A stretch of DNA of 64,000 bases, from positions 62,001 to 126,000 of the forward strand of contig NIVC01000435.1 of NCBI GenBank assembly GCA_002269645.1, given 5' to 3'. This document shows positions 1 through 11,454 of this stretch, piece after piece; within the stretch, counting starts at the first letter, position 1, and the number at the start of each line of letters is the position of its first letter. The position numbers and the translations under genes are program-made. The DNA is from Macrostomum lignano. Lineage: Eukaryota. The notes beneath the pieces are model-generated. The model worked only from the letters and a program-made list of their open reading frames with translations. It had not been told where the DNA came from and searched no databases.

Positions 1-529
1 TTTATAACGTAAGCACTAAGCTGTTTTGTGCAATACCGCCAACTACATACATAAATTTTACGCAATACTCTTTTTAACTCCTTGCTTTTTCTTTCGCTTC
101 GTTAATCTTCCAAGTTTCGTTAATAACATTTCCGCGTTTTTTCAAATACCATATATTGCAAAACTCACTTAATCGTAATTAAATAACTAATGTTAAAATA
201 TCTTAAATACACAGAAATATATTGGCCAAACAGGCTTCTTGCCTGAGCCAACTTACTACTACTACTACTACTACCATGCCTAGAGTACCTTACAAAAATA
301 CATGTAGCGCCGTGCAATTACTTTATATACATGTATGTTAGCGCATCCAACATAGAATGGGGCGGTTAGCGGATGCATGTACAGCATGATAATATTAGTA
401 TATTATACAGTAGATAATCGATTTGTCCAGTGGAGAGGATCGAAGAGAAAAACGGGTGCACGCCGATGACGTTCGAGCTACCTACGTAAATGTATCGAAT
501 CATGTTGCATTTAAAGCCCATTGTTCAGA

Positions 530-747
530 GACAACCGCCGTGCCCCCAGGCATGTGAGTGGTAGATTACTAGGAACACGGCCGCCGTGTCCCCATACACA
601 GAGCTAGGGACACGGCGGCCGTGCCGCGAGTCCACACAGCTAAAGACACGGCCGCCGTGGCTCTAGGCACATAGTAGCGTGGTAGCTAGGGACACGGCGG
701 CCGTGTCCTTAGACATAGAGTTAGAGGCACGGCCGCCGTGTCCCTAG
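530..747. repeat. Array of CACGGC-N-GCCGTG palindromic motifs in alternating orientation
   Basis: cacggccgccgtgtccc at ~576, ~647 and ~728; its reverse complement gggacacggcggccgtg at ~607 and ~689; partial copy at ~535. Spacing is 35-45 bp with non-identical linkers. Confidence 0.8.
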
Positions 748-3700
748 TCATGGCGAATATGAAAAGGCCCACTGTGTGAACCACAACCACCGGTCAACCA
801 AACGAACAAGTTCGTGGTAAAATCTGCGCCGAATATACGCAAACGTCTACTGGCAAAATTTTAGCAAAGAGTTTATATTCAATTTAAAGTAAATTTTATA
901 ACTCTTTTAAAAAGCTATTCCTAACTACTTTGATTGTTAGTTCAGCCTTTAAGGCTTAGTTTTTATTGTTTAAAATTTTCTTTTGGCAAAATTTGAAATA
1001 GAATAATTTTACCTTGGCTTAAACTATTAAATTATTGAGCTAGGCTTTTTATATTGCACTTGTTCTTATTCTAGAACCAGAAACACTGTAAAGTATAATT
1101 TTTTGTGTCCTTAACTAGAGGGATATACTTGCTATACTTGCGCAAGGATCTTAGCTCATGGCGGCAGCGTGTTCTTGTTTGCAAACAAATTAAAACGATT
1201 TATAACCTTAAGCTTATTCACACCATCAAACGAGCCATCAAAATCATGCAGTCAAATATACATAAAGGAGTCAAATTAAACGAGCCTTTCTAGGCCAGGG
1301 CAGTATAATCTCGATCATGCATGTACATTGTTGACCCTTTACAATGTAGCAGTAGCAGTGTACATTGAGTTCTGTGATCTCACAATGATGTACATGTGTA
1401 TATAAGCCTATTGCATGAATGAGAGTAGAGATATGTACTATGCATATGCTTAAACTGAATTTTGAGCACTCCTGCAACGCTTTTACTGCAGTTTAACTTT
1501 ATAAACAGGGGCAAACTCTACTGGAGAGTGGAGTGTTGATGAATCATGAACTGATGATAAAGGCCGTGCTGCCCGTGCCATGCAAAGCTCCTGCTATATA
1601 TGCTACTCCAGCTGCTACGCTACACAAGGAGGCCAATGTTGCTGCTATGCATGCAGAACTGGTACTACATGGCTCCAAAAGTCACGACCATTGTGCAAAA
1701 TATGCCAAACTGCAGATGCGACTCAGCACTCAGTGAGCTGTGGAGATTGTACACAACTGGCCTGGGTAGCTAAGCATCTGCAGATTCATACGTGCTTGCA
1801 GTCAGCTTCAGCCTGAAAGATTGCAATTAAGGATTGCAAGCTAGCTTTTGCTTTAAATTTTTAATTTGTGACCTTTTTATTTACTAAAACTGAAATCTAA
1901 AATCTGCTTTTAACTTTGAACTAATTTTATTGTATCAATACTATCATCGCAGCGCCTAGCCTTATAAAAATGTCAGCTAGGCCCTATCAAAACGTAGTTT
2001 ATTTTTATCTTTGTGCTTTTCCTTAATTGGCCAATAATTGATACATATATCAACAAATATGAAATATAGGCCTTACCTTAAACTTGCATTCTTTGCTACT
2101 GTTCTCTTTGCATAAATTTGTTTTGATATTTGTCACCTTTTCTACTGTTCTATTATTAAATTATAGTCACAGTAATCAGCAATAAGCATTAATTGACATG
2201 CTTAGTATAAAAATTACAGGTGCATTCAAGGGATTTTTGCCTGAAAGTAGGGAAATCCTAAATTAATACACCCTTGCCTTTGGCCAAAGTAATCATATTT
2301 AAATGTTTAAGTCTTCTAGATTTGTTGAAGTTGTCATCATCATATGACGATTTTGAATATGACAATTTCAACTGCACCCATAGTCATAGGCCTAGGCCCT
2401 AGGCCTATCTTACTTTTAGAAAATTGGTTAACTAATAGAAACTAATAAAACTTTTCATATCTTAATGTTAAATTATCAATGTTTTTTATAATTATATAAT
2501 ATTCAATATTTTGCTTCAGCCTAGGGTTATTTTTATTAGGCAATTTCTTTTTGTCTTAAAAATTGCTTTTTACTATTTTTGTCCCAATTTTTGTTTGTTG
2601 TTATTGTAATAATTAGTCAAACCAATTACCAATTATTTTTATAGGCAACACAAGATAAATACTTTAATATCTAAGCTTAAATAAAGTCATTAGGCCTATG
2701 CCTATATTCATAATGTAAAGTATAGGCCTAAGCCTAATATTAAACCTTAGGAATACTAAGATTGGGGGCCTAGGATTCTTTGATATATAGGGCCCTCTTA
2801 GATAAAGAATTGACCCAATTTTTTATTACTTATTGGTTGATGATATAGTATCAAGACTAGACAAACCTACTTAGTCAATTTGTCATTTATGCAATCTTAT
2901 TTATGACAATGTCACTTTCATACTTATTTACTTCTTTCCTATTTTGTGTGAATAGTGTTGTACATATAAAACATATATCATCTCTTTCTATATATACATC
3001 ACATTTAAATTTAATCTTATTTAATTTATTAGCTTTGATGTTTTTTGTTATACCATATGATAGAAGTTAGCAGTATAGGCCTTATAAAATGTATTTCAAA
3101 TCTATATTTACTCTTGCTGCCTTGCTCATGCCTTCCTCCACACTGTCTCATTATTACAATACTACTAATACTACGGTATGCTCAAGTTGCTATCTATAGT
3201 ATTAGATGTTCTAGATTACTATCAATTATGAATTTATTAAAATAAATTCTCAATATCTAATGCTACATTAACATCGTTCAATACTACATTGTAAATAGTT
3301 GTTCTAAATTTGTCACTTATTGACCACACCTAGTCCTAGACTCTTAGTGACTTATTTGACTTAGGAATAGGGGTCTTGATCTTGATCTTAATCTTGATCT
3401 TGGTTTGTTGTTAAAACGAGGTGCCGTCGAAACCGGCGCGGGTCTGTTCCGAAGAACTCTGCCGCAGTTATATTTTGTATTTGATCGAAAGAATTAAAAA
3501 TATTTACAAGATTTCGATTTGAATACTTGTACGAATATTGAAATAAAATATATATTGAAATAAAAATATATATTGAAATAACAAAAAATAAATGGTTTAA
3601 GATCTTAAAAATCAAGATTTGTGATTATATGATTATTGTTAATGGGTTCTATCTATATTCTAGATCATGTTGTAGTATACATTTGAAAATTTGGTTGTGC

Positions 3701-4424
3701 ATTGGCTTTGCATGCCAAAAGTAGGCCTAGATATATATAGTTGGCATGCATCACTCCTAAGAAAAGTATTTATTAAGCTTGTAATAAAGCATTTAAACAA
3801 ATCTTTGCATATATCAATTTTTCTTTGTGAATAATATTGCCAAAAGAACAAAAAAATTTACAAAGCCTACTAAAAAGGCTTTTGTTATGCAATTCAAAAA
3901 AGGTCATTTATTGTCATAATATAAAAAAGTCATTTATTGTTGCAACACTGGGCCAGTATTGAAAATGGTTATATATTCAATTTTTTGCTATGCATTTATA
4001 ACTATTCAATTTTTGTTCAGGCATATACCGTATGACCAATTGATTTTCATTGGTCTTTGATAGCCAATTGGAGCAACTTGAAGGCTTAAATGCATTGTTA
4101 AAGCTTAAATAACTTTAACTTATACTATAAGTTGAAAGACTTAGGTGCATTAGAACAAAAAGGTTGTGGAACTTTATAGAACTTAATCACTTCTTATAGT
4201 GAAATAGACTATTTTAAACTTTTAACCTTTAAAAACTTTTAAATATTTGATAAATCTGAGGTAAATTCAATTCAGAAAATAGTCTATAAGATTACTCGAA
4301 TTGCATTGTTTCTTGGTCTATAAACCATGTAGCTCATATTAAGTAATGATCAAGAATTTTGTACATCAAAACACCCTATTGCACCTTGTTTTGCAGTAGA
4401 GCACCTAACATTAAAAGTGCAAGC

Positions 4425-7400
4425 ATGGTTTGCGTGTCAGTACTAGCCGATGCACTGAATCGAATTGTGCACGCCGAGAAGAAGGGCAAACGCCAGGTCC
4501 TTCTCAGGCCTTCGTCAAAGGTTATCATTCGCTTTCTGCAGGTAAATAGACTGATCAAATAAAATTGTATTTCCCTCACTGTTTCGCATCATCATCATCA
4601 TTCAAGTGTCACATTATCATCATCCCAGTGTTTCATCATCATATTCCAGTGTCTCATAATCATCATTCCAGTGTCTCACTATCATCATCATTCCAGTGTC
4701 TCATTATCATCATCCCAGTGTCTCATCATCATATTCCAGTGTCTCATAATCATCATTCCAGTGTCTCACTATCATCATCATTCCAGTGTCTCATTATCAT
4801 CATCCCAGTGTCTCATCATCATATTCCAGTGTCTCATCATCATATTCCAGTGTCTCATAATCATCATTCCAGTGTCTCATCATCATCCCAGTGTCTCATC
4901 ATCATATTCCAGTGTCTCATCATCATCATCCCAATGTCTCATCATCATATTCCAGTGTCTCATAATCATCATTCCAGTGTCTCATCATCATGCCAGTGTC
5001 TCATTATCATCATTCCAGTGTCTCATCATCATCATCCCAGTGTCTCATCATCATCATCCCAATGTCTCATCATCATATTCCAGTGTCTCATAATAATCAT
5101 TCCAGTGTCTCATCATCATGCCAGTGTCTCATTATCATCATTCCAGTGTCTCATAATCATCATTCCAGTGTCTCATTATCATCATCCCAGTGTCTCATCA
5201 TCATATTCCAGTGTCTCATCATCATATTCCAGTGTCTCATAAACATCATTCCAGTGTCTCATTATCATCATCCCAGTGTCTCATCATCATATTCCAGTGT
5301 CTCATCATCATATTCCAGTGTCTCATAATCATCATTCCAGTGTCTCATAATCATCATTCCAGTGTCTCATAATCATCCCAGTGTCTCATTATGATATTCC
5401 AGTGTCTCATCATCATATTCCAGTGTCTCATAATCATCATTCCAGTGTCTCATCATCATGCCAGTGTCTCATTATCATCATTCCAGTGTCTCATCATCAT
5501 CATCCCAGTGTCTCATCATCATCATCCCAATGTCTCATCATCATATTCCAGTGTCTCATAATAATCATTCCAGTGTCTCATCATCATGCCAGTGTCTCAT
5601 TATCATCATTCCAGTGTCTCATTATCATCATCCCAGTGTCTCATCATCATCATCCCAATGTCTCATCATCATATTCCAGTGTCTCATCATCATATTCCAG
5701 TGTCTCATAATAATCATTCCAGTGTCTCATAATCATCATTCCAGTGTTTCATCATCATGCCAGTGTCTCATTATCATCATCCCAATGTCTCATTATCATC
5801 ATCCCAGTGTCTCATCTTCATCATCCCAGTGTCTCATCATCATAATCATCCCAGTGTCTCATTATCATCATCCCAGTGTCTCACTATCATCATCATCCCA
5901 GTGTCTCACCATCATAATCATCCCAGTGTCTCATAATCATCATTCCAGTGTCTCATCATCATCATCCCAATGTCTCATTATCATCATCCCAGTGTCTCAC
6001 CATCATAATCATCCCAGTGTCTCATCATCATCACCCCAGTGTCTCACTATCATCATCATCCCAGTGTCTCACCATCATCATCCCAGTGTCTCACCATCAT
6101 CCCAGTGTCTCACCATCATCATCCCAGTGTCTCACCTTCATCATCCCAGTGTCTCACCTTCATCATCCCAGTGTCTCACCATCATCATCCCAGTGTCTCA
6201 CCTTCATCATCCCAGTGTCTCACCATCATCATCCCAGTGTCTCACCTTCATCATCCCAGTGTCTCACCTTCATCATCCCAGTGTCTCACCATCATCATCC
6301 CAGTGTCTCACCATCATCAATCCAGTGTCTCACCATCATCATCCCAGTGTCTCATCATCATCATCCCAGTGTCTCACCATCATCATCATGCCAGTGTCTC
6401 ATTACCATCATCCCAATGTCTCATCTTCATCATTCCAGTGTCTCACTATCATCATCATCCTAATGTCTCATCTTCATCATCCCAGTGTCTCACTATCATC
6501 ATCATCCCAGTGTCTCATCTTCATCATTCCAGTGTCTCATCATTATCATCCCAGTGTCTCACTATCATCATCATCCCAGTGTCTCACCATCATAATCATC
6601 CCAGTGTCTCATAATCATCATTCCAGTGTCTCATCATCATCATCCCAGTGCCTCATTATCATCATCCCAGTGTCTCATTATCATCATCCCAGTGTCTCAC
6701 CATCATCCCAGTGTCTCACCTTCATCATCCCAGTGTCTCACCATCATCATCATCCCAGTGTCTCACCATCATAATCATCCCAGTGTCTCACTATCATCAT
6801 CATCCCAGTGTCTCACCATCATAATCATCCCAGTGTCTCATAATCATCATTCCAGTGTCTCATCATCATCATCCCAGTGTCTCATAATCATCATTCCAGT
6901 GTCTCATCATCATCATCCCAATGTCTCATTATCATCACCCCAGTGTCTCACCATCATCATCCCAGTGTCTCACCATCATCATCCCAGTGTCTCACCATCA
7001 TCATCCCAGTGTCTCACCATCATCATCCCAGTGTCTCACCATCATCATCCCAGTGTCTCACCTTCATCACCCCAGTGTCTCACCTTCATCATCCCAGTGT
7101 CTCACCTTCATCATCCCAGTGTCTCACCATCATCATCACAGTGTCTCACCATCATCATCACAGTGTCTCCATCATTATCATCCCAGTGTCTCACCATCAT
7201 CATCCCAGTGTCTCACCATCATCAATCCAGTGTCTCACCATCATCATCCCAGTGTCTCACCATCATCATCCCAGTGTCTCACCATCATCAATCCAGTGTC
7301 TCACCATCATCCCAGTGTCTCACCATCATCATCCCAGTGTCTCACCATCATCAATCCAGTGTCTCACCATCATCCCAGTGTCTCACCATCATCATCCCAG

Positions 7401-9241
7401 TGTCTCACCATCATCAATCCAGTGTCTCACCATCATCCCAGTGTCTCACCATCATCATCCCAGTGTCTCACCATCATCCCAGTGTCTCACCTTCATCATC
7501 CCAGTGTCTCACCATCATCATCATTCCAGTGTCTCATCATCATCATCCCAATGTCTCATTATCATCACCCCAGTGTCTCACCATCATCATCCCAGTGTCT
7601 CACCATCATCATCCCAGTGTCTCACCATCATCATCCCAGTGTCTCACCATCATCATCCCAGTGTCTCACCATCATCATCCCAGTGTCTCACCTTCATCAC
7701 CCCAGTGTCTCACCTTCATCATCCCAGTGTCTCACCTTCATCATCCCAGTGTCTCACCATCATCATCCCAGTGTCTCACCATCATCAATCCAGTGTCTCA
7801 CCATCATCATCCCAGTGTCTCACCATCATCATCACAGTGTCTCACCATCATTATCATCCCAGTGTCTCACCATCATCATCCCAGTGTCTCACCATCATCA
7901 ATCCAGTGTCTCACCATCATCATCCCAGTGTCTCACCATCATCATCCCAGTGTCTCACCATCATCAATCCAGTGTCTCACCATCATCCCAGTGTCTCACC
8001 ATCATCATCCCAGTGTCTCACCATCATCAATCCAGTGTCTCACCATCATCCCAGTGTCTCACCATCATCATCCTAGTGTCTCACCATCATCCCAGTGTCT
8101 CACCATCATCATCCCAGTGTCTCACCATCATCATCCCAGTGTCTCACCATCATCAATCCAGTGTCTCACCATCATCATCCCAGTGTCTCACCATCATCAT
8201 CCCAGTGTCTCACCATCATCAATCCAGTGCCTCACCATCATCCCAGTGTCTCACCATCATCATCCCAGTGTCTCACCATCATCAATCCAGTGTCTCACCA
8301 TCATCCCAGTGTCTCACCATCATCATCCTAGTGTCTCACCATTATCCCAGTGTCTCACCATCATCATCCCAGTGTCTCACCATCATCAATCCAGTGTCTC
8401 ACCATCATCCCAGTGTCTCACCATCATCATCCCAGTGTCTCACCATCATCAATCCAGTGTCTCACCATCATCCCAGTGTCTCACCATCATCATCCCAGTG
8501 TCTCACCATCATCAATCCAGTGTCTCACCATCATCCCAGTGTCTCACCACCATCATCCCAGTGTCTCACCATCATCATCCCAGTGTCTCACCACCATCAT
8601 CCCAGTGTCTCACCATCATCATCCCAGTGTCTCACCATCATCAATCCAGTGTCTCACCATCATCCCAGTGTCTCACCACCATCATCCCAGTGTCTCACCA
8701 TCATCATCCCAGTGTCTCACCATCATCAATCCAGTGTCTCACCATCATCCCAGTGTCTCACCATCATCATCCCAGTGTCTCACCATCATCATCCTAGTGT
8801 CTCACCATTGTGCTACCTGTCTATTTATCTGAATACCCGTGTAATTTAATCCTAGCTTACACCTGCCTGACTACATTGCATAATTCCCCTTCCTGTTGTG
8901 CATCCAGACTTTCAGTGTATCCGCCTCATTACCACAGTTTCCCATCGCCCCTTCTTCATCTGCAGGTGATGCAGCGCAAGAACTACATCGGCGACTTTGA
9001 GGTCATTGACGATCACCGGTCCGGCAAAATCGTAGTAGAACTGAATGGCCGATTGAACAAGTGCAGCGTAGTCTCGCCTAGATACGATATCCACTTGAAA
9101 GATCTGGAAAAGTGGACCTCGGCTATTCTGCCATCGCGCCAGTTCGGCTTCATTGTGCTCACCACCTCCGGCGGCATCATGGACCACGAGGAGGCCAGGC
9201 GGAAGCATCTGGGCGGCAAAATCTTGGGCTACTTTTTCTAG
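4425..9241 (+). CDS. RPS15A: 40S ribosomal protein S15a (uS8), 130 aa; join(4425..4541,8966..9241)
   Basis: Exon 1 [39 protein letters not shown]|gtaaat. Exon 2 ctgcag|[33 protein letters not shown]...[18 protein letters not shown]. Phase-0 intron gives the canonical 130 aa. Confidence 0.97.
4590..8810 (+). repeat. ~4.2-kb minisatellite, ~20-24-bp unit (CCCAGTGTCTCA[C/T]CATCATCAT), filling the RPS15A intron
   Basis: About 200 units visible by eye. 5' variants (TCAT/TTCCAG) grade into 3' variants (TCAC/CCCAG). A block at ~6900 recurs at ~7530 (offset 630). Confidence 0.97.
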
Positions 9242-9351
9242 CCTATTAATAACTCATTTAAATCTGTTTTAGGTCTGCGAAATGTTCGATTCCCGTGTAC
9301 CGTCTACTAATTGTAATGGAAAGCGTGTTGCTGTCGTTGATTGAATAATTA

Positions 9352-9357
9352 AATAAA
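9352..9357 (+). promoter_or_regulatory. Probable polyadenylation signal of RPS15A
   Basis: AATAAA ~110 nt after the stop codon. Confidence 0.5.
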
Positions 9358-9589
9358 GTGGACTGCGCGTCTGTTTAATGCGCCTTTCTGGCGACCTGGT
9401 TGGCTTGGAGACAAAAAATTTAAAGATGAAAAATGCTTTCCTCAGCTTAATAAGGCTTCTTTTATCGATAGGGGCACATTTTAGTAGATTTAGCAGGTAC
9501 TCAACAATTAGTGCTTGACAAAATAGATTTCGCTATACGTATGACTGTATATCTATATATCTATATCTATATATATACGTATATCTGGC

Positions 9590-10240
9590 ACCGTGACTCT
9601 CGCTTGTCAGATAGACTAGACTGACTCTGCCATGTCAGACAAGAGACTAGACTGACTCTCGCATGTCAGACAAGAGACTAGACTGACTCTCGCATGTCAG
9701 ACAAGAGACTAGACTGACTCTCCCATGTCAGACACTAGACTGACTCTCCCATGTCAGATAGACTAGACCGACTCTCGCATGTCAGACTAGACCAGACTGA
9801 CTCTCGCATGTCAGACAAGAGACTAGACTGACTCTCGCATGTCAGACAAGAGACTAGACTGACTCTCGCATGTCAGACAAGAGACTAGACTGACTCTCCC
9901 ATGTCAGATAGACTAGACCGACTCTCGCATGTCAGACTAGACCAGACTGACTCTCGCATGTCAGACAAGAGACTAGACTGACTCTCGCATGTCAGACTAG
10001 ACCAGACTGACTCTCGCATGTCAGACAAGAGACTAGACTGACTCTCGCATGTCAGACTAGACCAGACTGACTCTCGCATGTCAGACTAGACCAGACTGAC
10101 TCTCGCATGTCAGACAAGAGACTAGACTGACTCTCTCATGTCAGACAGACTATAGACTGACTCTCTCATGTCAGACAGACTATAGACTGACTCTCGCATG
10201 TCAGACAGACTATAGACTGACTCTCGCGTCTAAGACAGAC
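9590..10240. repeat. 31-bp minisatellite (GACTAGACTGACTCTCGCATGTCAGACAAGA)
   Basis: Period 31 (e.g. 9841/9872). Each unit has a CTGAC...GTCAG mini-stem. Confidence 0.95.
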
Positions 10241-10719
10241 TGTTACACACAGCCTGGCAATTGAAACTAGTACTTGCAGAAATAAAAAAATAAAACAGCT
10301 GTAACGCAGCACTTTATAAAGTACTGATAGCTCTTTAGGTTGACTTAAAAAACTATCTACGAGCGTACATTAGACATTGTCATTTTTGTCACAGCAATTT
10401 ATTTGACTACATAATTCCAGATTGAGCTAACATATTAATTGTATTTATGAAACAAAATGCGCTAGAAACCTCACAATAAATAAGGGCACAGATTGTTTAT
10501 ATCAATAACTGTATGCAGTATCGTGCGTCAATACATTACAAGCAAGCAGGAAAGATCAGCTAGATAAAAGGACACTAATTTCTACCCAATCGGAAAGCAA
10601 ATTCAAGCTTATCAAAGACTAATCTAAGATTTACTCAAAAGCCTCTACACAGATCTCGAAAGAACCCGAAATTCGTAAAAAATCTTTAACTCGGTGATAA
10701 ATCGCTCTTAAATCCATGA

Positions 10720-11400
10720 GAAATCACCCTCAAACTAAAGAAATCGCTCTTAAACTCCATGAGAAATCACCGCCAAAATTCACGATAAATCGCTCGCAAT
10801 CTCGATGAGAAATCGGCCTCAAACTCTGAGAAATCGGCCTCAAACTCTATGAGAAATCGGCCTCAAACTCTATGAGAAATCGGCCTCAAACTCTGTGAGA
10901 AATCGGCCTCAAACTCTATGAGAAATCGGCCTCAAACTCTATGAGAAATCGGCCTCAAACTCGATGAGAAATCGGCCTCAAACTCTATGAGAAATCGGCC
11001 TCAAACTCGATGAGAAATCGACCTCAAACTCGATGAGAAATCGACCTCAAACTCGATGAGAAATCGGCCTCAAACTCTATGAGAAATCGGCCTCAAACTC
11101 GATGAGAAATCGACCTCAAACTCGATGAGAAATCGACCTCAAACTCGATGAGAAATCGGCCTCAAACTCGATGAGAAATCGGCCTCAAACTCTGTGAGAA
11201 ATCGGCCTTAAACTCTATGAGAAATCGGCCTCAAACTCTATGAGAAATCGGCCTCAAACTCTGTGAGAAATCGGCCTTAAACTCTATGAGAAATCGGCCT
11301 CAAACTCTATGAGAAATCGGCCTCAAACTCGATGAGAAATCAACCCCAAACTCCATGAGAAATCGCCCCGGAACTTCCTGAAATATCGCCCTCACAATGC
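10720..11400. repeat. 23-bp minisatellite (ATGAGAAATCGGCCTCAAACTCT)
   Basis: Period 23 (10861/10884), with degenerate edges. Confidence 0.95.
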
Positions 11401-11454
11401 TTTAAGAAGCAGAGATTAAACTCCTTTAAAGCCTTATTAAAACAAGCCCTCTAA

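Noticed and set aside
1105-3851. Short ORFs in the AT-rich 5' region
   Set aside because: No recognisable domains, non-ATG starts, and no consistent exon chain.
4565-8849. Long His/Ser/Ile-rich ORFs (up to 723 aa)
   Set aside because: They are translations of the stop-free intronic minisatellite in all three frames, and they lie inside the RPS15A intron.
8810-8965. Possible intronic snoRNA in a ribosomal-protein gene
   Set aside because: No convincing C/D box pair or H/ACA hairpins.
9272-9300. GTTCGATTCCC resembling a tRNA T-loop/B-box
   Set aside because: No A-box, D-arm or acceptor stem; it lies in the RPS15A 3' UTR.
9590-10240. CRISPR-like appearance of hairpin-bearing repeats (also 530-747)
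   Set aside because: No unique spacers of constant length, no cas genes, and the context is eukaryotic.
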